A program made the position numbers and the translations under genes. This document shows, in pieces, positions 22,832 to 32,350 of a DNA stretch of 64,000 nt. Where the stretch lies: the NCBI GenBank assembly GCA_965235115.1, contig OZ249436.1, forward strand, positions 26,536,001-26,600,000, in the 5' to 3' direction. This DNA is from Laetmonice hystrix. Taxonomy: Eukaryota. Below the pieces are notes generated by a model. That model was given only the letters and a program-made list of their open reading frames with translations. It was not told where the DNA came from and did not search any database. The first letter of the stretch is position 1; every line of letters starts with the position of its first letter.

Positions 22832-25800
22832 TTACTGCAAAGCCACGTCTGGGTCGAAGTCCGGATGAAAATCAGTTCGTTTGACCCACGACGTAATTTT
22901 CCTGTCTCCAGACCACTGGACTAAATAAGTCCAAACTCCTGACTTGAGTTTGCGTCTCTTAAGGATTCTGTCTATTGACCAGTAGGTGTCCTGAGTTGCT
23001 GGAGTGAGTGCGGTGTTATCTACTGTTATGTCATCATCGATGTGCTCCGGTGCCTGGTCGGAGTGATGACTGTTGTCCGGCTGTTGTTCCCCTGTGTTAT
23101 GTACCTGTGCGGGGTCGCCTAGTACAGGCGCCCATGATATGTGAGCTACCTTAATTTTGTTCACATTGTAATAGTGATCTAAGACCTTACCCGTTGAAAT
23201 CGACTGTAGTTTTACCATGTGATCGTCTTTCATGTCTATCACCCTGTATGGTCCTTTGTATTTAGGACTGAATTTTGAAACCCTGTTTGCTGCACAAGTG
23301 GGGTCGTATAAATAGACGCAGTCGCCTACTGTAATTGCTGCTGGGCGTGCTTTCACGTCCAACTTGTCGCGCATATCTCTCTCGTACGATTCTGTAACCG
23401 TGGTCGCCATTTGCTTGATTAGCTCGATTCTCGCGAAAATATCGGCAAAATGTGTATTTAAATCGGAATTTGTTTCCTGCGATCCATCCTCTAATGATGG
23501 CATATTCATCGGCATCGGGTCTCTACCGAAGAGTAGTGTAAACGGAGCAAAACCTGTCCTCGCGCTGATGGCTGAACGAACCGTCCATAACGCGATGGGT
23601 ATCAGCTGTGGCCATTTCGTGTGCGTCTCGTTAATGTAACAAGCCATAACGTCCTCTAGCGTGCGATGTAACCTTTCTACACGCGCATTGCCGGTCGGGT
23701 TTCTTGCGCTTGTGAACGACTGACGACAACCCACACGAGTGGTAACCTCTCTTAGGAGAGCAGATAGAAATGATTGACCCCTATCACTGTGTAATCTCTC
23801 AACTTTGCCATATCGACAAACGATTTTTGACAAGAAAACGTCTGCGACTGTTTTTGCTGTTTGATCCTCTGTGGGATAGGCTTCGGGCCATCCGGTATGG
23901 AGGTCAATGAAGGTTATTATATAACGCAGACCGTTGACTACCTTTAAAGGTCCGATGAAGTCGGTCTGTACCCATTGAAAAGGGTAATGTGGTTTGTCCC
24001 ACGATTTAGCGAGCGCCTGGGGGTGCGGCGATCGTTTTCTTAGCACGCAGACACTACATTGCTGAACGTAGCGAGCGATATCTGCCATATAACCTGGCCA
24101 ATAAAATTTGGACATAACTTTATCCATGACGGCTGACCGTCCAACATGTCCTCCGGCCAATACATCGTTATGTAATAGATAGAGTACTGACTCTCGTAAT
24201 TTAGCTGGAACCACGATTCTCGGTTCGATTTTTGTAACTGCTTTGCTAGCATGCCTAATTTTCGGAAAATGACATAGAACTCCCGGAGGTACCATGTCCA
24301 TGAATTCTGCTGTTGCTACTATCTTCGACGCCTTTCGAAGATCGTCTGGCAGTGTGCCATCCGAAATATAATCGATTAATGCTCGGCATTCACCGTCTGA
24401 ACGTTGTTCCTGCATGATACGGTCAACTGTTAGGTCGATGCGTGCGCCTTGAGAGTCGCCTTTCTGGCCGTTGCTAGGGGGAGCGACCCCCACCGTCTCT
24501 TTCTGGCCAATTTCTCGGGACCGGTCCTTCGTTCGTTTCTTATCAGAAATAGAACAACTCATCATGGCCGACGCGCCGTCATGCCCATGTTCAGCGTGTG
24601 CCTTACAATTAATAACGTCCCCTACGATGGGGTCTAGAGCGCTACACGGAGTAGCGTCCTCGCCTGGGCGGCGGAGCCGTACGCCACTGACTGTTGCAGT
24701 GGGACCGCTATGCGCATTAGCGGATGAGCCTGTAGAGGCTTGAAACCTCGCACTGTCTGCTGCAGTGGAGTCGCCTGCGGAGGGCGGAGTGTCGCCTGCG
24801 GAGGGCGGAGTGTCGCCTGCGGAGGGCGGAGTGTCGCCTGCGGAGGGCGGAGTGTCGCCTGCGGAGGGCGAAAATAGGCCTGTGTAACCACGTGCTGTGG
24901 CTAATATCTCACTGACTGGTGCAGTGGCATCACCTGAGAAGGCGGGAATAATCTCACTGACTGTGGCAGTGGTACCACCTGAGGAGGCGGGAATTGTAAC
25001 ACCGACTGTTGCGGTGGCATCGTCTGTGGATGCGTGAAGTGCCTCGCCTGTTAGGGCGGCTGGTGCTTCGCCTATTAGGGCTGAAGTTAAATCTATTTGT
25101 GCAACGTTGCGTGCTTGTCCTGACTGTGTGTAACACTCATCACCGATCTCTGGTTCGCATGCCGTGCTCGGGGCCGGCCCTGTCTGTACTCGAGATAGGA
25201 AATCGGCTAAGTAATGAGTTTTACCTGGTTCATATTGAAAATCGATGTCGAAGCCCGTAATGAACAAGGCCCATCGAGTCAACCTGCTTGTCGGCGCTTT
25301 CTGCGCGTTCGACAGTAGGGTGAGTAGTGGCTTATGATCGGTAACCACTATAATGCGCATGCCATCTAGGATGTCCTGAAAATGTTGTAGCGCACGTATT
25401 ACAGACAGTGCTTCTTTCTCAGACACTGTATAATTCATTTCGGCGGAAGACATTGTGCATCCCCAAAAGGAGATAGGCCGGTAAATTTGACCTGATAAGT
25501 GACAAAGTGCAGCGCCGCATGCACTCGAAGAGCTGTCCGTCAGCAGGTAAAATGTCTGATTGAAATCGGGGTGTACTAGAATCGGCGGTGATGTAAGTGC
25601 TGCTTTTAAAGATTCGAAAGCGTCCTGTTGTGGCTTGCCCCACTGAAATTTAGCTTCTTTCTTAAGCAATTCGTAAAGCGGTGCTGCTAAGTTCGGAAAT
25701 CTCGGAATAAATATTCTGTAATAGGAGCAAAGTCCTAAGAATGCTCTCACCGTCCTAACGCTTCTGGGTCTCTCAAAATGATCTACTTTCGATAAAATTC

Positions 25801-27319
25801 TCTGTTGCGCCGAGATACCTTTATCAGATAGAACAAACCCTAAGAAGTCTACTTCGGATCTACACCATTCGCATTTCTCAGGCTTAAGAGTTAATGATGC
25901 GCGTATCAAAGCTTTCAAAATTTGGTCAACGTTACTCAAATGAGTATCAAAGTTCGGATCTGACGCGAGGAGATCGTCCATGTACGATACGCAAACTCGC
26001 GGTACGAGGCCTTTCAGCGCTAGCGACATTACTTTTGAGAATGCCCATGGAGCTCCAACGAGTCCCATTGGAATTTTCTTGTATTGCAAGACTCCTTCGA
26101 TCGGTGCTTCGAAAGCGGTGCATTTTCTCGAGGATTCATCTATAGAACACTGAAAAAATCCCGAGCGCAGATCTAATTTGCTATGAAAACGAGGCTTTTT
26201 CGCGGCAATTAGTGAAAATAGTGAGCGCGCCACGGGCATGGGAAATTTTCGCTTCATCGTTATCTTGTTTAACCGCCTAAAATCGGTGCATAGGCGTAGT
26301 CCACCATCCTTTTTCTTCACTACGACCAGCGGACTTCTCCAAACTGAGTCTGATGGTTCGATAACATCTGCCTTTAAAAGTTCTCCAATGTGTTCTTGAA
26401 TGCGTGTAATTTGATTAGGACCGTACCTGTATGGTGCCGTTGTGACGGGCTGGGCGTTCGGCTCGACTTCTATTGACATAGGTGCCAAGTCGCACGAGCC
26501 AAGCTCCTGGAGTGAATCCGCAAAAGCTAGTCTGTTTGATTCCAGCATGTCACGAAATTGTTCCTTTTGACTGTCGGTAATATCCGAGTGTTCCAAATCA
26601 AATGATATGGGTTCCCTGGGCGTTTCCCGAGATTCCATCGCTGATACCTGCTTGTAATTGGTAGGAAGGTGCGGGTCGTCCCGTGAAGGAGCAAAATCTC
26701 TGTCCGCGTATGCCGTCACTGTAGATGGAGTGATGGTGATAACTTCATCCGTGGGGTTCAGAACAGATACAAAAACTCCTCCATTACCAACAACGTCAAC
26801 TGACTTGCCTGCGATAAACGCATCTGGTCCCGTCTGTGTGGGGGTGATATATACCTCCGTCCCATCAGGTACGTCCCGAGAAATGGAGCAAAACATAATG
26901 ACTTCCGAAAAAGGTGGCAAATGAACTTTCCCAACCGTGTGCACTGTGATGCTGTCCCATAGAGTCACGTGTGCTCTATCGAAATCCACTGAAGCCCTCG
27001 TTGCAATTAGAAAGTCTCGACCTAAAATAACATCCTGTGTGAGGTTGTCTATCACCGTAAACTCGAAACAGATGGTAAATGTATCAAGCTGGAAGCGTAA
27101 GCAAACTACTGTACTTGCCATGGCTGTGCTGCCGTCAGCTAGTGTTACCGAGTCATTAACAGATCGTGTTTCAAGCACCAGATCAGCTGGTACTCGCGAG
27201 AGCGCTGTATGTGAGATATATGTGTGGCTGGCGCACGTGTCGACTGCTGCCCACATGCGGTGATCTGTGAACTGAATTTGTAGAAGGGGTGGTAGAGATA
27301 TATGTTTCTTGAATGGCAT
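22832..27319 (-). CDS. pol: Pol polyprotein: protease, RT, RNase H, integrase, C-terminal chromodomain; probably made as Gag-Pol by -1 frameshift
   Basis: AVDTCAS (PR); LCTDFRRLN, LDLRSGFFQ, PMGL, YMDDLL (RT); TDSS, EKEAL, TDHKPL (RH); HHCC finger, TDFIGP, SDRG, VERLHRTL, KYKGPY (IN); YWSIDRILKRR..YLVQWSG..SWV (chromo). Confidence 0.97.
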   Translation of the reverse strand: MPFKKHISLPPLLQIQFTDHRMWAAVDTCASHTYISHTALSRVPADLVLETRSVNDSVTLADGSTAMASTVVCLRFQLDTFTICFEFTVIDNLTQDVILGRDFLIATRASVDFDRAHVTLWDSITVHTVGKVHLPPFSEVIMFCSISRDVPDGTEVYITPTQTGPDAFIAGKSVDVVGNGGVFVSVLNPTDEVITITPSTVTAYADRDFAPSRDDPHLPTNYKQVSAMESRETPREPISFDLEHSDITDSQKEQFRDMLESNRLAFADSLQELGSCDLAPMSIEVEPNAQPVTTAPYRYGPNQITRIQEHIGELLKADVIEPSDSVWRSPLVVVKKKDGGLRLCTDFRRLNKITMKRKFPMPVARSLFSLIAAKKPRFHSKLDLRSGFFQCSIDESSRKCTAFEAPIEGVLQYKKIPMGLVGAPWAFSKVMSLALKGLVPRVCVSYMDDLLASDPNFDTHLSNVDQILKALIRASLTLKPEKCEWCRSEVDFLGFVLSDKGISAQQRILSKVDHFERPRSVRTVRAFLGLCSYYRIFIPRFPNLAAPLYELLKKEAKFQWGKPQQDAFESLKAALTSPPILVHPDFNQTFYLLTDSSSSACGAALCHLSGQIYRPISFWGCTMSSAEMNYTVSEKEALSVIRALQHFQDILDGMRIIVVTDHKPLLTLLSNAQKAPTSRLTRWALFITGFDIDFQYEPGKTHYLADFLSRVQTGPAPSTACEPEIGDECYTQSGQARNVAQIDLTSALIGEAPAALTGEALHASTDDATATVGVTIPASSGGTTATVSEIIPAFSGDATAPVSEILATARGYTGLFSPSAGDTPPSAGDTPPSAGDTPPSAGDTPPSAGDSTAADSARFQASTGSSANAHSGPTATVSGVRLRRPGEDATPCSALDPIVGDVINCKAHAEHGHDGASAMMSCSISDKKRTKDRSREIGQKETVGVAPPSNGQKGDSQGARIDLTVDRIMQEQRSDGECRALIDYISDGTLPDDLRKASKIVATAEFMDMVPPGVLCHFPKIRHASKAVTKIEPRIVVPAKLRESVLYLLHNDVLAGGHVGRSAVMDKVMSKFYWPGYMADIARYVQQCSVCVLRKRSPHPQALAKSWDKPHYPFQWVQTDFIGPLKVVNGLRYIITFIDLHTGWPEAYPTEDQTAKTVADVFLSKIVCRYGKVERLHSDRGQSFLSALLREVTTRVGCRQSFTSARNPTGNARVERLHRTLEDVMACYINETHTKWPQLIPIALWTVRSAISARTGFAPFTLLFGRDPMPMNMPSLEDGSQETNSDLNTHFADIFARIELIKQMATTVTESYERDMRDKLDVKARPAAITVGDCVYLYDPTCAANRVSKFSPKYKGPYRVIDMKDDHMVKLQSISTGKVLDHYYNVNKIKVAHISWAPVLGDPAQVHNTGEQQPDNSHHSDQAPEHIDDDITVDNTALTPATQDTYWSIDRILKRRKLKSGVWTYLVQWSGDRKITSWVKRTDFHPDFDPDVALQ
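24770..24870 (-). repeat. 21-bp in-frame tandem repeat (PSAGDTP; four full copies plus one partial) in the RNase H-integrase linker
   Basis: gtcgcctgcggagggcggagt repeated from 24770 with period 21. Confidence 0.95.
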
Positions 27320-27334
27320 TACAATCGAATTATC

Positions 27335-27394
27335 GTCCCTCTGACAGAGTGCTAATACCTTGGTGACTGTCGAGGGACACGCTGGGCGTTTCCC
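27335..27394 (-). promoter_or_regulatory. -1 programmed ribosomal frameshift signal (G GGA AAC plus hairpin)
   Basis: Slippery heptamer at 27388-27394 in gag-frame register; 9-nt spacer; stem GTCCCTC-GACAG / CTGTC-A-GAGGGAC. Pol is in the -1 frame and open across the site. Confidence 0.85.
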
Positions 27395-28566
27395 TGGTCC
27401 TGATATGTAATTTGAGAATGGTCGTCAGGTTGAAATCTGGCCTTGGCCCCAATTAAATGGTTCGGCTGGTCAGTGAGGTGACGGGCGCCGCGTCTGGCGG
27501 TGTTCTGTAACCATCGGCACGCGTCAGTGGAGTGGCCGCGGGACTTGTGATAAGCGCAGTATGGGCTGCCGTCCTCCGGGGGGGTGTTTTGCTGGGTCGC
27601 GCTGCTTCCCTTCTCCCTCCACTGAGGAGCGTTGCCATACCTTCCCCTATAGCCTCGTCTGTCCCATTGCTGTTGGCCCTGGTGTTGATTTCCTGAGCCT
27701 CGCGCCTGGGATCTCTCGATTCTGGCGAGTGCCGCTAAAATGTTATCATAACGGCCTAGTGGTGCTGACTCCGTTGCGGCGCATGATTTCGTCTGCGGGC
27801 CTACCGTTTCCAGGCGGGAAGCCATCTCGACTGCCTCGGCGAATGTTGATGGGTTCTGTACTGCCAAAAGGTTACTGAGAGACGGTTCCAAACCTCCGAT
27901 AAAGACCGATGTAAGAATTTGATCAGTGACGTCATAGTTGCGCTGTTTGTGTCGGAGCGTTCCCGCGAAATCGAGAGCTGTCTGACCTTTCTGTTGCTTT
28001 AAGCCGAAAAGATCCCTGTGCTTTTGCCAAGTGGGCCGTTTGTCTCTGAAAATGTCAATCATATGGGACTTGAAAGCTGAATAAGATGCCGTTGCCGTGG
28101 CGTCCAATGCTCTCATCCAGTCAGCTGCTCTGTCTTTGAGACCATGCAGTGCCATTGCTAGGGTGTGATCATCTGGCCATCCGTAGATGCGCGCCAAACT
28201 CTCTGTTTCATCAAAATATGTTCGAATGTTTTCATTGGCAGATCCTGAAAATGTTGGCAAATGTAGAGTGGGTAGTTTATGGTAGGGTAGCCTCCCTACA
28301 TCGCTTCTAGTTACCGAGCTTCCCGCCGTATCTTCGTCACGATGGGCTTGAATTTCCCCGTTCACATTGTTACCTTGTCCGTCACCGTCGGGGTGTGGGT
28401 TTGGAGGGGGAATCTGGATCGGACCTACTTGCTGGGCGTCCGGCAGTGGTGGCTGCTGAGGCCCTGGTTGCAGTGGCTGTAGAGCCCCTGGCTGTGGTGG
28501 CTGTGGAACCCCTGGCTGTGGTGGCTGCGGAGCCGGCTGCTGCGGGGCGGCATCGTCCCCGTTCAT
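27352..28566 (-). CDS. gag: Gag, 404 aa (P/Q-rich N-terminus, capsid domain, CHHC zinc knuckle)
   Basis: LPTFSG..E..W capsid start, LKQQKGQT..F major-homology-like region, FIGGL, C-x2-H-x4-H-x4-C (CAYHKSRGHSTDAC). Confidence 0.93.
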   Translation of the reverse strand: MNGDDAAPQQPAPQPPQPGVPQPPQPGALQPLQPGPQQPPLPDAQQVGPIQIPPPNPHPDGDGQGNNVNGEIQAHRDEDTAGSSVTRSDVGRLPYHKLPTLHLPTFSGSANENIRTYFDETESLARIYGWPDDHTLAMALHGLKDRAADWMRALDATATASYSAFKSHMIDIFRDKRPTWQKHRDLFGLKQQKGQTALDFAGTLRHKQRNYDVTDQILTSVFIGGLEPSLSNLLAVQNPSTFAEAVEMASRLETVGPQTKSCAATESAPLGRYDNILAALARIERSQARGSGNQHQGQQQWDRRGYRGRYGNAPQWREKGSSATQQNTPPEDGSPYCAYHKSRGHSTDACRWLQNTARRGARHLTDQPNHLIGAKARFQPDDHSQITYQDQGNAQRVPRQSPRY

Positions 28567-29160
28567 GTCGATGTCTTGTTGTTGAAGCCGAAATGGTTGC
28601 CGGAGATCTGGAGGCGCGTCTGGTATGTGGTGTGCTTGGGAGAGATTAAAACGCGCCTTACCACTATCACCGGCTGTAGAGTTCCCGCTCGCAGAAAGTT
28701 GATGGTCTTCCTGTAAATCTGTTATGTTGAAGGAGTGTCCCTCGATTACTATGCGATTGTTGCCTTGTAATTCGACCGGTTGAAAATCAGGTGCTGACCG
28801 TAGTTGTCTTTTCTTCCAGAGAGACGAGGAGGTAGAGGCGTGACCGGGCGTCGCCAGCCTTGGCGCGGGGGGCGACGCGTGCCGCGGGCTCCGGTCGGAC
28901 TGGGCGAGGGGGGTCGGGCGCCACCGGCTCCCCTCTTTGTAAAATAAATTTTAAAACGTACCCGAAAGTCGTTTCGTCAGTCTCTGTAGAGTAGTCCAAT
29001 CAGAAACATCTCGCCATACTTGAGTTTTATGAGGTAATGTTCTCCACCGTAGTTATCCTGTAGTTCAAGCTCCCCGTGAAGGTATCTGCAACGTTGGGCT
29101 TTTCCACAGGTGTTCCGTATAGTTTGCTGTAGTTGGGCTGTCCACTAAGTAGTTCGTGGT

Positions 29161-29371
29161 TCCTCCCGTGGTGTTCCGCCGTTTGGATTCTCCACGAAGT
29201 GTATCCTCCCTTAGCGTCCGCCGTTTGGATTCTCCACCAAGTGTTTCCTCCCGTAGCGTCCGCCGTTTGGATTCTCCACCAAGGGTTTCCTCCGGTAGCG
29301 TCCGCCGTTTGGATTCTCCACCAAGTGTTTCCTCCGGTAGCGTCCGCCGTTTGGATTCTCCACCAAGTGTA
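29161..29371 (-). repeat. Five tandem 42-43-bp units, each carrying an LTR-end mimic plus a primer-binding site (TGGTGGAGAAT, tRNA-Ala-like)
   Basis: Units start at 29161, 29204, 29246, 29288 and 29330. Minus-strand consensus: (T/A)ACA-CT-TGGTGGAGAATCCAAACGGCGGACGCTA..GGAGGA. The LTR-adjacent unit overlaps the real LTR end. Confidence 0.93.
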
Positions 29372-30281
29372 TCGGGCCTTTGTTTAGGGTTTTGCAGTTT
29401 AAATAGGTATTCGATGTTGGGGTAGAGCTTTGGCTATTGCGAGAGGGTTTTCCCGATAATGTCTTCTAAACGTAGGGGTAAGCTAGGCTCTATCGTATGG
29501 CTTCGTGAGATGGGGTCCAACTCAGACTGAGGGATGACTAGCGGTCGAAGGTTCAATCATTTATTAAGACAATCCGGATGTAGAGTTCGTCCGTGTGTAG
29601 AGTACAGATATCTCCTCGCGGTAGATGTAAAGTACAAGTGTCTCCTCTGAAGTTGAAGTAAAGTACAAGTGTCTCCTCTGAAGTTGAAGTAAAGTACAAG
29701 TGTGATATTCACATACGCTACAAGTTTTGACTCTCACCTCCCTTTCTCTGAACTCCCCTAGTAGCTGTGATGTGTAATGTCCGAAAGTCTGAATCCTAAA
29801 CGTTTCTCAGTAATTCCGAAGAATCTGCAAAGTCTTGTTTCCGTACTGATCTCCTATTGCAAAGGCTGAATGCTGAAAACCTCCCAAGTGCGGGATGATG
29901 AGAAAGCTAAGTGCTGAGCGAGAGAACTCCACGTCTGCTCATCTCCAAGTTAAAACCACATACGACTACTGCAAGGTTGCGCGTCTATATATATCTACCA
30001 GCTTTTCGGGGGATTTTCTTGGTTCGTGACTAAGCCTGCACTACCTGAACCTATGGAGGGGTTTGGGCTGGTAAGGTGGATGAGTTATTGCTTTTCTGCT
30101 GTACCTGCTGAACCTTCCTCCTGTAGGCGAATGATTTATGACTCTGTAGTTGTACCTGTTGCCCTTCTGGCTAAGGCTTGCTGTTGGTTTGGATACTCTA
30201 ACATAGGAAATTGTGTGACTAGCTAAAACTGATGTATAAAACCGTATTTGTTAAAAGTTACTAGTGGTGTACTCCAACACA
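29368..30281 (-). repeat. 5' LTR (914 bp)
   Basis: Matches 18182-19095; the ORF track gives identical 66-aa translations at 18840 and 30026. Confidence 0.97.
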
Positions 30282-30766
30282 CGATATACCGCACATTCCA
30301 GGTGAACGATCATAAAGTGCTCACCTAAAAAGTTCTAGTAGTCGATGGAGTTCACAAATTGTATATAATGCATGTCTAGATCAACTTGTATATGTATATT
30401 AATCTAAAAGGGTCAAATGTATTTCAATTGACTTGGGGATGTACTGGAGAGTATATATCGCACGTTCCTTAATTGGCTAAAAATCAAAGAAAATATTTAA
30501 ATAAGAGCATAGCATGATGAGAAATACACAGTTAGATGTGCCTATGAGTACCCTTAATTTACATAAAAAATATAAGGGAAGTGCAACTGAGTGATAATTT
30601 TTTTTGATTTTCTTATACCCTTGTATTTCTTCTTATTTTTTTTTATCATTGTTCTAATGTCTTTTTTTCTGTTTATGTGACAATGCGAAGAAAATTCACG
30701 CCGAGTCCCAACGGGAGTGGCTGGAAAAATGGAAACGGGAAATGGGGGAGAAAGAATGGTTGGCAT

Positions 30767-30930
30767 CAGGGCTGCGTTTCACTAACGTCTTTAACAAAGA
30801 CCTCTGTGACGTTTTTGCGGGGCCAATTTTAAAGAATAGATGGTTAGTGAAACACTTGTCCTCACAAAGACCTTGTTAGCTCAGCGACCATCTTAAAGAC
30901 GTCTTTTGAGCGTAGTGAAACGCACCCCTG
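30767..30930. mobile_element. Short MITE, TIR CAGGG(C/G)TGCGTTTCACTA
   Basis: cagggctgcgtttcacta / tagtgaaacgcacccctg; no clear TSD. Confidence 0.7.
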
Positions 30931-31328
30931 AGGCCCAGCGCATGCGAACAAAATAAGGAGATAATGAAGAGGATCACTTTGTAATTCTTCTAGAAGAATA
31001 ATGTGGAATCTAAATTTTGTCTTCATCATGAAGAATTTTCACTGCTGTTATTTTTCTGGAGGCACGGCGGAGCAAGGGGGGATGGGCGCTAAAGCCCCCC
31101 CCCCCCAATAATTTCAGATATAAAACAAAATCTCCAGAGCTTCTGGAGCCTAAGCGGGCCCTGGACCCTCGCCTGAAGTGCTGTGATAGTGTATAGCCGA
31201 TAATGCCCCCCCCCCCCAATCCGAAATTGCTCCCGCCGTGCCTGCTCTGGCAGCTGTAATTAGGATACTTTTGAAGAAATCTTTGAATAAAAGACAGGTA
31301 CTTCAGTTTACGCAAGTTTTGTATTGTA

Positions 31329-32350
31329 TTATATGCATTTCGGGTCTAGGCGTTTTCCCCGCCGGCGTTTCCCCCCCGGCGTTTTCCCCGCGGCGTTTTC
31401 CCCGCCGGGGCTTTCCCACCCGACCAAGTTCCCCGCCGGCGTATCCCCCCCCCGGGCTTCCCCTCGGCAATGGAAATAAATGACACGAGGCACGGTATTA
31501 TTTTAGTTTTTACTTGTGAACTAAGGCATATCAGAACATACATTAACACACACATATATAGGTCCGCCTATATCCTTAAACTTCCTGTTTTTTCCATCTT
31601 TTTTTTTTTTTTGGGGGGGGGGGGGTACAACCAGACAACGGCCGATTCTTGGAATGCAATTGCTGTTTGGTACATGGAGAAATCTTGAAGAAAAAACTAA
31701 TGCAATGATGTTCAATGTTTTCATTAAAGAATGTGTAAAACTGACATATAAAGCAATACGACTAACAGAAAAACGCCAACGCCAAAGAACCGTTGCAACG
31801 TTCTCTCACAGCGCTACACTGCCCACCATATGAAGCAGTCGAATAAAAAAAAAAGACTTGACGCGGGGGGGGGGGGGGTAGGTGACGCGCGCGGGGACAA
31901 GAAACGAATTTTTTTTTGCCTTACATGAAGAACTGTTATATGTGTAAACCTTTTCCAGTCGTATCCCGTATAGGATACGGGATAAAAAAAACATCATTCT
32001 TTTTTTGGAATGGTCAAAGGCCAATGGTCAAATGGTCAGGGGTCAACCACCTTTTAAACTAATGATTTATTTTGAAAGTCTCACATGTTTCCTATCATGT
32101 CAACCTTGCTTAAATAAAATCGTTTGTGGAGGTTTTTCCCCCTCTGAATTCTTTGTGTAATTTGTGTAATTTGGTCTGGAAATCCCCCAGGCCCCTGCAT
32201 GGCAGGGACATTATGAAGGGGAATAGACCGGGGGTAGGGGCAAGCCCGGGGGGAATACGCCGGCGGGGAACTTGGTGGGGTGGGAAAGCGCCGGCGGGGA
32301 AAACGCCGCGGGGAAAACGCCGGGGGGAAAACGCCGGCGGGGAAAGCGCC
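31329..32350. mobile_element. ~1-kb element with ~120-135-bp GC-rich inverted arms built from GGCGTTTTCCCCGCC subrepeats
   Basis: 31329-31463 is the approximate reverse complement of 32237-32350. It contains a truncated copy (~31600-31920) of the Harbinger-type MITE at 39836. No TSD found. Confidence 0.75.

Larger units (their letters stand above)
18182..30281 (-). mobile_element. Full-length Ty3/Gypsy LTR retrotransposon with env (gag, pol, env all open), 12,100 bp
   Basis: Two 914-bp TG..CA LTRs offset by 11,186 bp; 4-bp TSD CGAT (18178-18181, 30282-30285); PBS, PPT and PR-RT-RH-IN domain order. Confidence 0.97.

Noticed and set aside
29161-29371. PBS array or 85-bp arrays as CRISPR-like arrays
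   Set aside because: There are no unique spacers, only near-identical tandem units, in eukaryotic context with no cas genes.
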